A DNA stretch of 64,000 nucleotides from Lama glama (Eukaryota), in contig CM052816.1 in assembly GCA_028534125.1 (NCBI GenBank), positions 8,000,001 through 8,064,000 of the forward strand, read 5' to 3'. A program made the translations under genes and the position numbers. This document shows, piece after piece, positions 1 to 37,147 of this stretch. A model generated the notes under the pieces. The model saw only the letters and a program-made list of their open reading frames with translations, searched no databases and was not told the origin of the DNA. Within the stretch, counting starts at the first letter, position 1. Each line of letters begins with the position of its first letter.

Positions 1-1448
1 TCTATATTCATACGTGATTTTGGCCTGTAATTTTGGTTTTTTTTTGTGATATCCTTGTCTGGTTTTGGTATCAGTGTGATGGTGGCCTCATAGAATGAGT
101 TCAGAAGTGTTCTTCTGCAATTTTTTGGAATAATTTTCAGAAGGATAGGTGTTAACTCTTCTCTAAATGTTTGGTAGAATTCACCTGTTGACGCCATCTG
201 GTCCTGGACTTTTGTTTGTTGGCAGTTTCTAAATTACTGATTCAATTTCAGTGCTGGTAACTGGTCTGTTCGTATTGTCTGCTTCTTCCTGGTCCAGCCT
301 TGGCAGATTGTACCTTTCTAAGAAATTGTCCATTTCTTCTAGGCTGTCCTTCTTGTTGGCGTTTAGTTGTAGTTAGTAGCCTCTTATGATCCCTTTCGTG
401 TTTCTGTGATGTTGGTTGTAACTTCTTTTTCGTTTCTGATTTTATTGATTTGGGCCCCCTCCCTTTTTTCCTTGATGAGTCTGACTAAAGGTTTATCCAT
501 TTTGTCTTTTCAAAGAAATAGCTTTTAGTTTCATTGATCTTTTCTAAAATTTTTTAGTCTCTATTTCATTTATTTTTGCTCTAATCTTTATGATTTCTTT
601 CCTTCTACTAACTCTGGGTTTTGTTGGCTCTTCTTTCTCTAGTTGCTTTAGGTGTGAGGTTAGGTTGTTTATTTGAGATTTTTCTTGTTTCCTGAGTAAG
701 CTTGTACTGCTAGACTTCCTCTTAGAACTGCTTTTGCTATGAATGATCCAGAGGTTTTGGGATCATTGTGTTTTCATTTTCAGTTGTCTCTAGGCATTTT
801 TTTATTTCCTCTTTGTTTTCTTCAGTGATCCATTGGTTGTTTAGTAGCTATTGTTTAGCCTTCATGTGTTTGCAGATTTTTTTTTTTAGTTGATTTCTAA
901 CCTCATAGCCTTGTGGTCAGAAAAGATGCTTGGTATGATTTCAATTTTCTAAAATTTACTGAGGCTAGCTTTGTGGGCCAGCATGTGATTGATGGAGAAT
1001 GTTTCATGTGCACTTGAAGAATGTGTATTCTGCTTTCAGATGGAAAGCTCTGTAAGTTTCAATTAAGTGCATCTGGTCCAATGTGTCATTTAGGGCCTGC
1101 ATTTCCTTACTGATTTTCTGTCTGAATGATCTGTCCATTGATGTAAGGGGCGTGCTAAGGTCCCCCACTATTACTGTGTTACTGTCAGTTTCTCCTTTCA
1201 CGTTAACAGTTGCCTTACATAATGAGGTGCTCCTATGTTGGGTGCGTATATACTTACAATAGTTACATCCTCTTCTTGGGTTGATCCATTGAGTATCATG
1301 TAGTGTCCTTCTTTGTCTCTTGTACAGTATTTATCTTAAAATTGATTTTATCTGATGTAAGTGTTTCTACTCCGGCGTTCTTTTAGTTTCCATCTGCATG
1401 GAATATCTTTTTCCAACTCTTCGCTTTCGGCCTGTGTGTATGTCTAGC
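1..1448 (-). mobile_element. LINE-1 ORF2 fragment (endonuclease to start of RT), decayed, continues beyond the window start
   Basis: Translation DSNTVIVGDLSTPLTSMDRSFRQKISKEMQALNDTLDQMHL...YTFF is the L1 APE domain; T-rich plus strand; stops and frameshifts present. Confidence 0.93.
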
Positions 1449-1449
1449 T

Positions 1450-2740
1450 CTAAAGTAAACTATGTCCTTGGCCAAGGTTGTTCTGGCAATTCTGGGTCCC
1501 TTGGAACTCCATATGAATATTAATTTTTTTCTCCATTTCTAAAAGAGAACTCTGAGGTTTAATAGGAATTGAATTGAATCCATATATTGCTTTGGGTAGT
1601 ATTGTTACTGGAACAATATTAAGTCTTCTAATCAATTAACATGGAATTTTTTTTTCCTATCTTTAATTTAAGCAGTGTTTTGCAGTTTTCAGAGTACAAG
1701 CTTTTCACCTCCTTGATTAAATGTATTCTGAAAATACATTCTTTTGGATGGTATGATAAATGGAATTGCTTTCTTCATTTCCATTTTGGATTATTCACTG
1801 CTGGTATGTAGAAGTGAAATTGGTTTTTGTGTTGATGTTGTGACCTGCAACTTAGCTGAACGCATTAGCTCTCACAGTGTGTGTGTGGACATATATACGG
1901 GCATACATAAGATTATGTTGTGTGCAAGTAGATGGTTTTACTTCCTTTCCAATTGTGGTGTCTTTTATTTCTCTTTCTTGGCTAATTGCTCTGGCTAGGA
2001 ATTCCAGTACTATGTTGAACAGAAGTTCTTGATCTTAAATAGAAGTGATGAAAGCAGACATTCTTGTCCTTCCATAATTCCAGGGGGAAAGTTTTCAGTT
2101 TACCATTGAGAATGATGATAGCTGTGTTTTTCATATGTGGCCATTCTTAGGATGAGACAGTTCCCTTCCATTCCTAGTTCATCTAATGTTTTTACCACAA
2201 AAGGGTGCTGGATTTTGCCAAATGTTTTCCCTGCACCAGTTGAGATGATCATGTATTCTATAAATGTGGTATATTATCTTGATTCTTACGTTGAACCACC
2301 CTTGGATTCCTAGGATAAATCCACTTGATAATGGCCTGTCATCCTTTTAGTAAGCTGCTGAATTTTGTTTACTAATATTTCAAGAATTTTTTGCATCTAT
2401 ATTCATTAGGGATACTGGTTCATAGTTTTTTTGTGGAGTCTTTGACTAGCTTCAACATCAGGGTGATGCTAGACTTACAGAATGAGGTAAGAAGTGTTCC
2501 CACCACTATTTTGAAAGAACTTGAGGAGTGGTGTTAAGCCCTCTGATCCCAGGCTTTTCCATGCTGGGAGTTGTTTGATAAGTGATTAAATCTCCAGACT
2601 TGTCTATTCAGATGTTCTGTTTCTTGAATCAGTTTTAGCAGCTTGTGTATTTCTAGGAGTTTCCCCATTTTGTCCAATTTGTTGACAGGCAATTCATAGT
2701 GGTCTTGTATCCTTTTTATGTCTGTGAAGTTGGTAGTTGT
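1450..2740 (-). mobile_element. Older, more diverged LINE-1 ORF2 fragment (linker/RT/post-RT, with deletions)
   Basis: Remnant peptides RLNIVPVTILPKAIYGFNSIPIK and TDIKRIQDHYE...LDKMGKLLEIHKLLKLIQETEHLNR. Confidence 0.85.
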
Positions 2741-3982
2741 ACATATATTTGGAGGGGTCATTCTCAGTGTCCCGTATCACCAAACCATTATAATTTCAAG
2801 GGTCCCAGAAAGAAGAATCATAAAGGCTGAGTTTCCCCTATGAGTTTGCCTCTTGGCCCCTCAATCCCATCCTCATCAGCCTTGGGACAAAGGTGGCAGT
2901 GCCACCCCCAGGCCCAGGCATGGGATCTGTGTGAGTCTGATGCCAAGACCTGGATCGGGCTTTACGGAGCACTTGTGAAGTGGACTCGTTGCAAGGGTTT
3001 TCTAGGCACTATCGCCTTACTTGTTGGAATAGCCCTGGCACCTGTCACCCCTTATAATTCCCATTTCACAAAAGAGAAGACCACCTCAGAGATATGAGGC
3101 GCTTGCCCAAGGTCACAGCGCCAACAGGAACTTGTCTGAACTCAGGTCTGCATATCTGTACTTTTCAACCACTGTGCTATATAGCTTTCTCCCTTCCCAA
3201 GGGGCAGCACCCCAGGATGGGGCAAAGGCTAGAGGATTTAAGCTTCAGCATAGCCCTCCCTAAAGGGACAATACAGTGGAGTCTCCCCAGATACCTCAAG
3301 CAGAGGAGAACCTCCGTCTGCTACCACACAAAGCAGCACAGTGCCCAGAGGTCCCAGAGAGAAAGCAAAGTGCAGAATGGCATGAGGGGTACAGGCCAGC
3401 AGAGGATGTGTGCTTACCTTCTCTGTGTCAAATAATTTGTGGAAAGATCCACAGAAACTGGTAGTGGTGGTTACCCCGGAAGAAGTGAGGGTCGGGGGTT
3501 AAAGGGTGCCTTGGATGTCACTGCAGGCACTGTTGTTTGTTATTCTCCTGATGGATGTACATAAAGTGCCTTCACGGCACCCCAGGACTGCCCGGTGCCC
3601 AGCCTGCTGAGGCGCAGGCGCAGGTTCGGTAAGCCCCCCCCCCACTCGGCCTCATGACAGGAGGCAGGACGACCCCGTGGGCTTCAGGCTGTGGAGTCTG
3701 AGAGACCAAAGGCTCTGAGCTCTGTGATTCTGGCAGAGTTACTTAATCTCTCTGAACCTCAGACTCCTCATGTACATAACGGGAATGATGGTAATAACTA
3801 CCTGGGGTTTGTGGCAAGGATTAAGAGGTGATACTTGACAAGCAGAGAGCCTTCCTGCCAGAGCAAGAAATAAGTTATCTTATTCATGTTATTATTCTTA
3901 ATACCATGACCTCACCACCGTAACCACCAGCCCAGTCTGTGGTGGTGATCACGCAGACCTAGCCAGCGAGAGGCTGGGATGA

Positions 3983-4015
3983 CAGTGCCCCCTGGCGGAC
4001 ATGGTCTGAACTGCA
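3983..4015 (-). promoter_or_regulatory. CTCF binding motif (core plus upstream module)
   Basis: Minus strand TGCAGTTC-AGACCA-TGTCCGCCAGGGGGCACTG matches the CTCF core and the upstream TGCAG module. Confidence 0.7.
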
Positions 4016-4089
4016 TCAGGTAACCCATTAGAGAAAGCTCACCAGTCAAAAATCAGCTTTATTGCTTCCCTTTTACCCATGAGTATTTC

Positions 4090-4530
4090 AGCATATACTA
4101 CCTAAGCGCAATGGCATACTCTTACATAACAGTACAGTAATCAAAATCAGGTAGTTCAACACTGGTACGATACTATTACCCAATCCACACAGGCCCTATT
4201 CACTTTTTGCCTGTTTTCCATACGGTGTTCTTTATAGGTAATTGCTTCTTGGTCTAGGACCCTTCCGGGATCACCAGGGATGTTTGATTGCCCAGTCCCT
4301 TTAGTATTCCTTAATCTGGAACCACTTCTCAGATGAACCTTTGTTTATCTTTCGTGACCTTGGCACTTTAGGGTTCAGGCCAGTTACTTGGCAGAATGTC
4401 CCTCAACATGGATGCACCTGCTGTTTCCTCCTGGTAGCATTCTTTCATGTTTTTTGTGCAGATTTTCACAGGTGTTAGGCTGTGTTCTTCTCATGTGATG
4501 GATGGTGGTTTGTCCCAATACTGATGTTCA
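4090..4530 (-). mobile_element. Ancient L1 (L1MC-like) 3' fragment
   Basis: Resembles L1MC 3'UTR consensus (tacagtaatcaaaatcagg...atactattacccaatccacac...gaccttggcactt); subfamily by eye. Confidence 0.55.
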
Positions 4531-5959
4531 CTCTAACTCCCCAACCTCTGAGCTGAGACTCTCGTATAATCACACAGCAAGTCTGGACCCTCAGCGCAGG
4601 CTATTGACAGGTGCTCAGGGTACCTGCAGCAAGGCAGGAACGTCCCCCCACCACCACCCGGTGCCAGGGTCTCCTCAGGGCCTGCACTGCCGGTGCCTGT
4701 GGGCTGGGCGGACAGCAGGCATGTCTTTAGGGCGGTATCACACAACAGTCCAGCTGCCTGGGCCCCCCTTTTCTGCTTCACTCAATTCTGGTTATTTTTG
4801 AGGCATTTTTCACCCCACAAATGACACATGAATACATTATCTTTGTTTTTATTAAAATATTTCAGCCAAAGCTGAAGTCCCCTTTGAAATCTTCCTCTCC
4901 CCTCACCCTGTTCCCTCCCCCTCTTTTCCAGAAGTAATCCATTATCAGTTTGGCATGAGAGAGGGAAAGCTGTATTGTCAGGAAGAACACACACGATGTA
5001 GCATTCTCTTCCCACAAATGGTCACACTGTAGGCTAGTCTTAAAGAAACTTCCCTGGGGGAAGTTGGGGCTGATGACTCAACATCATCGTGTTCCCACTG
5101 ATCCTCTGTGAATGGACATCTAGGTTGTTTCCAGGGAACCCAATCCAGGGCTTTGCCAGGATCTGGGACTGTCCCTCGGGCACCAAATTCCCTGAGGGGA
5201 CTTATTTAGGCGGTGAGGAAGGCCCAGGGTGCCTTCCTCCACTCAACCTGTTAGAACTGCAGGATTCTTGGGGCCTCTGAGAGCAGCTATGCTGGGCGTT
5301 CACGTGTCTCAAGGCATCTTAGGGTTCTCAGGACAGAGGGGAGGAGCTGAGTTGGTTAGTCCAGACCCTCACCCCAACTCCAATCAGAACACCCTGCCTT
5401 TATCTGGTTTTCAATGCAGTTTCTTTTCTTAAAAAAAAAAAAAAGTCAGCTGTTAAAACATTCAGAAATCTCTGATGTAGCCTGACTGCTCACCTGGTGC
5501 AGGAATCCCTTGTGTATCAGGCAGATCCACTGCTCCCACTGATGCAGCCTCCGGCCATGTTCTCCTTGTCGCCACAGGACCCGCACTAAGCTCCCAGCCG
5601 TGTCCCAGCCCGCCCCAGTGGCAGCCGTCCACAAGCCTGGGCACCGTCTCTTGCTCACACTCAGTGACCTGATTCGGTGTTCCCACACTTCCCTGTGCAG
5701 CAGGCTTTTAAAAGCCACACTTCAGGGTCCCTGTCCCCTTTTGTAAAGTTCCGCAGGGGGCTCTGAGGGGGCAGGGCAGACCCCCCCGCACTGCAGATAG
5801 CTGCCAGGGCCTCTCTGCTCCCCTCCTCTGCCCCTCCACTGCACATCTGGTGCTCAGTCCGGCTGGGAGGGCTAGAAAGGCACTTGTTTCACCCGAAGTG
5901 TTCATTCCTCAGACACTGGGACTTTGAATGAATTAGAAGCCATAGGAACCATCTATCTG

Positions 5960-6100
5960 AGCCAGGGTTTCCCAGGGTGGGGGTCTCTGTGTGTTGGAGA
6001 GGTTGTTAAAAATGCAGGTGCCTGGGCCTCACCCTGCACCTGCTGGACAGAAATCTCAGGCAGGGAGTCTGCAGTTTAAGTTCTCCAGAGTGGCCGCTGA
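5960..6100. mobile_element. MER5A-like hAT DNA transposon
   Basis: gttaaaaatgcaggtgcctgggcctcaccc...gaaatctcagg...gtctgcagtttaag pattern. Confidence 0.6.
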
Positions 6101-6374
6101 GCCCAGCTCCTCCCACACCCCTAAGAGGTGAGGGAAACTGAGGCTCAAAAAGGAGGGACTTGTCCCCAGTCATAATACGCATTCAGAGCAGGACTAGCTC
6201 TAGACTGAGTCTCCTCCCAGTGCTGGGGTCAATCCCTAGCATTTCTCAGCAAGTGGGCATGGCTGAAGGATTGTCATTCGAGACACCCCACTTGGCTGTC
6301 CTGAAACAGGCCTGAGCTGTCTGGAAAGGCTTCAGTTTACAGTTCATGGGACTCGTCTTTGATTTGACAGTGAC

Positions 6375-6409
6375 TGCGCGCATGTGCATGTGTGTGCGCG
6401 CGCGCGCGT
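6375..6409. repeat. 35-bp alternating purine-pyrimidine tract including (CG)6
   Basis: tgcgcgcatgtgcatgtgtgtgcgcgcgcgcgcgt. Confidence 0.95.
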
Positions 6410-6509
6410 CGATTGGCTGTGCATTCAAACATCCTTCTGTCCACCCTCCCCTGCAGGCCTTGCAAAAAGGTCAGACAGATGTGACCAATGTGTACAAACA
6501 GAACCCCAC

Positions 6510-6515
6510 TTTATT
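6510..6515 (-). terminator. Polyadenylation signal AATAAA of NDST1
   Basis: Minus strand reads ...TGTACAATCTCGAACTAACTGCT-AATAAA-GTGGGGTTCTGTTTGTACA...; UGUA (CFIm-type) lies about 20 nt upstream. Confidence 0.8.
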
Positions 6516-7689
6516 AGCAGTTAGTTCGAGATTGTACATTAATGGAGGAAGGTTCCCGCTTTTAACACAACCCAAAACGGCTGGTTTGAGAGCCCTGATG
6601 AGGTGAGTAGGGGGTGCCCTCTCTCCATCCCTCTCCCCACCCCTACAAAGGAAGGAAACCTCTACCTTCCCCCACACTGAGTGTGCCCCCCACCCTCTCC
6701 AGTCAGCCCTCTCCTCTCCCCAGGAAATGACATGAATTTCATGCACAAATTACAAAAGGAGCCCTCTTGCTGATAATAAAAGCTAGCACAGTCATAGAAA
6801 ACCCTCTCCTCCCTCATTCTCCTCAAGGGCCACAGCGAGGAAGCAGAGAGGGAGAGATGAACTTATTAGGATAAAATAGCCAGAGTATCCTCTAGGCCCT
6901 TGACATTGACCCTGCACAGGGCCCATGCCTGTCCCTTGTGGGAACTTAAAAAAAAAAAAAGTCTCTGGCCAAAGAGCTGGCGAGGGCAAGCCTCTGGTTG
7001 CAGGCAGCCCAGGGTAAGCCACCTGGGAATCCAGCACTGCCTCGCAGGCAGGGGTGAGGGGACCGGGGACCCCCATCCTCACTTCAGCTAGAGCAGACCT
7101 GCTTCCTTCCCTGACATCTGAAAATCCGTGCTGTAGCCCCACCTGCTCAGTCTGTAGATGAGGAAAACTGTCACTCAGCTACTAAATGGATTCAGTTGGG
7201 ACAAACTTTCACATCTCCTCCCTCCACCCCAGGGCTCTTCTCACATCACAGCTTGGGCAAGGCCGCTCCCCCACTGGGCTCTTCCCTGGTACATCCCAGG
7301 GGCTGGCTCTGCTCCAGTGCACACAGACCATGGGCCTCCAGGAGATGGAAACCCAGAGACCACAAAACAGAGCAGTGATGTTTGGCTTCCTGTGGTCCAC
7401 CACCAGGATCAAAGAGGGCAGCACCAATCTTCTGAGCCAGAGGCACCTCCTTCTCAACAGGCCCAACGCTGCCTGGTCCGCCCTCCACTCCACATGTGTA
7501 GCCTCCTCTTTCCTGACTCTCCCTGGCCCTTCCTCCCAGGCCCAGCTGAGATGCTGGCTCCCTCACCCTCTCCAGGAGCTCCGGCCCGTCCCTCTGCTGC
7601 TTTGGCACTTGGTACAGGTGACAGCAGGGGGGCATCTTAGGCTGACGTTCTCAAGTCAGTACAAATGGTAAAAATTCACACAGCCTGAA

Positions 7690-8210
7690 TTACCCTCGCC
7701 AATACAAGGGTCAGAGGAACGTGTTTTATGACACCGTGAAGAAACAGACAAATTCAGAATGTGGGATTTCCACAGGACAGCAGCCCGCTAACCTTGGAAA
7801 TAATGTCATTTTAAAAATCAAACTGAGCAGAAGGGAAACTTTTCAGCCTCTCAAGAGATTTTAGAAAACAAAATTACAAGATGCAACGTGTGTACCTTAA
7901 CTAATTCCTGATTCCAAGAGCAGGTGTAAGTTTGGGGCGGGGGTGGAATTTAAATGTGGACTGAAGAGCAGATGTTGTGGGGAAATCACTGTTGTCTGGG
8001 GTGATAAATGGGCCAATTGTAGGAGAAAGTCCCACATCTAAGGAGATGCACATTGAAGCATTTGGGGTGAAGTCTCATGGTACTTGCAACTTTTAAACTA
8101 GTTCAGAAGAAATGTACAGAGAAAGAAGGATAAAGGTGGCAATACGTTACGGCTAAACAGTGGGTAGTGGAAGTTCATTATAAAGTATCTGGGACAACAT
8201 TTACTTGTTT
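7690..8210 (+). mobile_element. Ancient L1 (L1MC-like) 3' fragment inside the NDST1 3'UTR, antisense to the gene
   Basis: Motifs aagatgcaacgtgtgtacctt, ggagatgcacattgaagcatttggggtgaag...tgcaactt typical of L1MC 3' ends; AT-rich island in a GC-rich UTR. Confidence 0.6.
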
Positions 8211-11200
8211 TTGCCACTAACCAACCTGTGGGGACCACTTGATGTGGGGCCCACCCATCTCTGTGGGTCCGTCCAGCAGTTTTTCTGCTACTGGGAACAG
8301 ACCCCGGGTTCCTCTGCTGGGCCCCGGTGGCACCGGCCGCTCCCACTTAGCGGCTCAGAAGAGACGCAGCTTTAAGCCTCAGACTTCTCCTCCGAGGGCA
8401 GGACGCCCACGGCGTGGGCAGCTCTAGAGCCCCGAGTGACCGAGGCAGCGCAGGAGACACAGCCCCCCAGGCCTCCCCAGGGCAAAGGTGTGTGGAGGAG
8501 ATGGCAGAAGGGATGGGAGAGTCACCTATGCTGTTGAAGCTCCTTCTCTCCTATAATTTTTTCTGGACCAGACAGTGACTTGGTGACCACTGACCATGCT
8601 GATGTCGCCGCCCCCACTGACCTCTGGCTTTCTCCTCCCGTGAGGAGATCTGTGTGCTCAGCAGCTGAGAGCTCCTAGACGACTTGTGTCTCTCTCCCTC
8701 CCCAGCACCTACAGGTCCTGGCGGTGGGTCCTCGACAGATTCGATAGCGGGCAGGGAAGAAGTAGCAGTGACAAGACAGACTTAGAATATGTGACAGGCC
8801 AAGTCCCCAGCCCCCCAGAAGGGCCTGGACAAAAATCCCCAGTGTTTCCTCTGCTCCCCAGGGGCCTCAAACCTGCCCGTTCCTTCTTCAGACCAGAGGC
8901 CTAGGGAGGTGGGCCTGCCTGCCGACCTGGCATTCTGAGCCCGCAGAGACGGGGGCAGGCGTCCAGGCCCGGAGCGAAGATTTCAGAAGGTGGGAGGTGT
9001 AAGGTTCTTGCAGGTCACGGAGCCCGAGCCGCGCAGCGACAGAAGGTTAAGTGAGGCCTGGGATGTGCACCGTGGGAGCTGCTGCCCACGCTGGGAGCCT
9101 GGTCCTGGTGCAGGTAAGTCTTGGTGGGCGTACATGCAGGCATGGCACCCTGTCCTCTGACACTGGCTCCTCCTCCCCTGCCGTGTCGGCAGTGCCCAGG
9201 GTTCCTGGGCTCTAAGGCCCCAATGAGAAACATGATGGGGACACTTCTCTGGTGGGACAATGGAACCCTCCCCAGCTGGCCCTGTGGAGCATCTGACACA
9301 GTGCTTCATCCCAGTGCGGAAGCTGGGAACTAAGACTGAGCCAGGCTCCCAGGCTGGGGAAGGACCTTGTGACGAGGGAGAGAGTGACAGGGACACAAAC
9401 TCCAATCTGGAACTGAGAAGGTTCAAAGGCACCCTGGCGGGGAAGGAGTGGTTTGTCCCCATATCCTGGAATGACCGAGGGTGTGACAGAAGGAGGGACA
9501 GGAAACCTGGCACAGAGTAGGGTCCCAAGGATGGGCTCTGAGGCAGTGTGGCATTGGCAGAAGAGTGCTAGATTCAGAATCGGGAGCCTCCAGTTCAATT
9601 TTTGGCCCTGCTCCCAATCTCAGCCCAGGAACACCTCCCCTTTCCAGACCTATGTCTATACCCGTTCGTTGAAGGACCCTCCAGCCCCAACACACTAGAG
9701 TCTTCTGAATAAGACAAGGCTCTCGAGAAACCACTTTGTGGGTGTCAGTTCCAAGCTGAACTGGCTGGGGACAGGCAGCCCAGCCTCAGTCACTTCACAT
9801 TGTTAAAAGATAGGGGGGGTAGGAGCAAGCCCCAACCAGAAAATAGCCTGGAGTTCCCCTTGTCTGCAGGGGGGCCTCGAGACAGTCTCTGGGTCCCAGG
9901 GGCCTCCCAGCTCCGAGGGTAGCTCCCAACCTAGCACCATGTTGAGGGGAGGGGAACAGGCCAGCTTTTGGCCCTGAGATCTCCCACCCCAGCCTGGTTA
10001 TTTCCTTTGGCCAAAAGTCACCCAGGGTCACTGCGCTTCATGCAGCCAGCTTTCCTAGAGAAAGTCTTCCCCTCTGCATCTCACGGGCTCTGTTTGCCTG
10101 GGGTAGCCCCAGGACGGCCATGGCACTTGAGAGAGGAACCGAGACGTCTCAGGGCCCTCCCATACTGTCTCCTCGAGGTCCCACCACATGCGGGCACGTA
10201 CTCCCCGCTTCCACCTCAAACTCCAGCACTGAGATAGGATACCCTTTGGGACTGGGGCTTGCCACCATTTTGTATGACTGAATTAAAAACAAACCTAACC
10301 AAAAAAAAATATAATATATATATACACTATATATATGTAACACAGTGTGACCCCAGAACCCAGGGTATAAACTCTGGCACCAAGAAAAAAAATATTAAAA
10401 AACTTTAGCTTCTTAGTACTGGGGAAGTTAAGGGGGTCTCTAGGAACCCTCGGCCACAGGCAGCTGGGGCAGGGCAGGGAGGGCGGTCTCACCCACTCTG
10501 CCCCGAATCGGCCAGGGCCAAGGCTGGGTGGGCTGCGGGACCGCGGATGAACACTGCGACATGGACACGGCAGACTCCACAACCGCCTCCGTCTTTTACC
10601 ACAGGAAACACCACACATGTCATATCCCAGGGGGAGGAATGGGGGAAAGAGTTGAGACCTGGGTCTCTGGGTCCAAATGGCATGGCAGTGCCCCAGGGCC
10701 CTGAAGGAGGCCTGGAGGACTGCTGGATACTGTAGGAACCAGCGATTCTCTCCCCACGGAGGGAAGGGGAGATGCGAAGGTAGGAACCAGAATGTGGGTG
10801 GAGGTCCAGAGTTCTCTTGAGGTGACCACCCTTACATCCAGCTTAGTGACTGACTCTGGGTGCCCAGCTGATGCTGCGGAAGGGCCTGGCTCAAAACATT
10901 CAGGGAAATGTCCAGTCTCTCCCCAGCTTGGCAAAAGGCCCTGCTGGGCTCTTTCTCTCTTATCCTCTGGACGACAGGTAAGATATGGCAGCTAATACCC
11001 AGGGGACACCCTGCTGGGGCAGGAAGTGATGGGCTGAAGGACTGGGTATGGGTGGTAGAACACAGTGAGGGAAGAAGAGTCTTGAGGACTCCCTCCTACC
11101 AGCGAGTGGCCTTCTACCAGCAGGCAGTGGCCTCCCCATGAAAGGCTGGGAGTGGAACGGACCTCTGGTGGCTGTAGAGGTCCTACCAGCCACAGACCCA

Positions 11201-11389
11201 GCACTGGATGCTCTGAGGTGCCTGTGGACTGCCCGGGCTCTCCTCCCGGCCCTTTCTGGGCCACAGCAGAGTATTGCTCAGAAGTGCTTGGCCAGCCCAG
11301 GCCCGGCTCACCACTCTGCAGATCAGTCTGGCTCAGCGTATGGTAGGACATCCCTGCTGTCACATTCAGTGTGACTGTGGGGGCTGAGG

Positions 11390-36907
<25,518 letters not shown>

Positions 36908-37022
36908 TCAGCAAGCAAGGTCCGCAGTGGGCAGCGGGAGAGGAGGATCCGGGCCCGGCCCTTCCTCCCAGCCAGGGGCGCAGTCCGCGGCTGGTTGCGC
37001 TCCTTCCTTCCTCCGCGCCCCT

Positions 37023-37034
37023 TTATGTCACCAT
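37023..37034 (-). promoter_or_regulatory. uORF M-V-T-stop in optimal Kozak context
   Basis: tttgccATGGTGACATAA on the minus strand, within the exon 2 5'UTR. Confidence 0.75.
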
Positions 37035-37081
37035 GGCAAACCCCCACGTGGTCCTGTGCACAGCAGAAGTGCCCCAGGGCG

Positions 37082-37147
37082 TCAGGGCCTCCTGGGGGGG
37101 CTGGGTAGTGGGCCGAAGGACACTGGGCAGGCCCGGGGGTGCCGCAT
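37082..37147 (-). promoter_or_regulatory. uORF, 21 codons (MRHPRACPVSFGPLPSPPRRP*)
   Basis: ggcATGc start 33 nt into exon 2; TGA at 37084-37082. Confidence 0.65.

Larger units (their letters stand above)
6490..11389 (-). other. NDST1: NDST1 3'UTR (~4.9 kb; 3' end approximate)
   Basis: Runs from the stop codon to a canonical minus-strand AATAAA with upstream UGUA and downstream GU-rich sequence; consistent with the known long NDST1 mRNA. Confidence 0.75.

Noticed and set aside
6775..6780. AATAAA on the plus strand within the 3'UTR
   Set aside because: Wrong strand for NDST1, with no evidence of a convergent transcript
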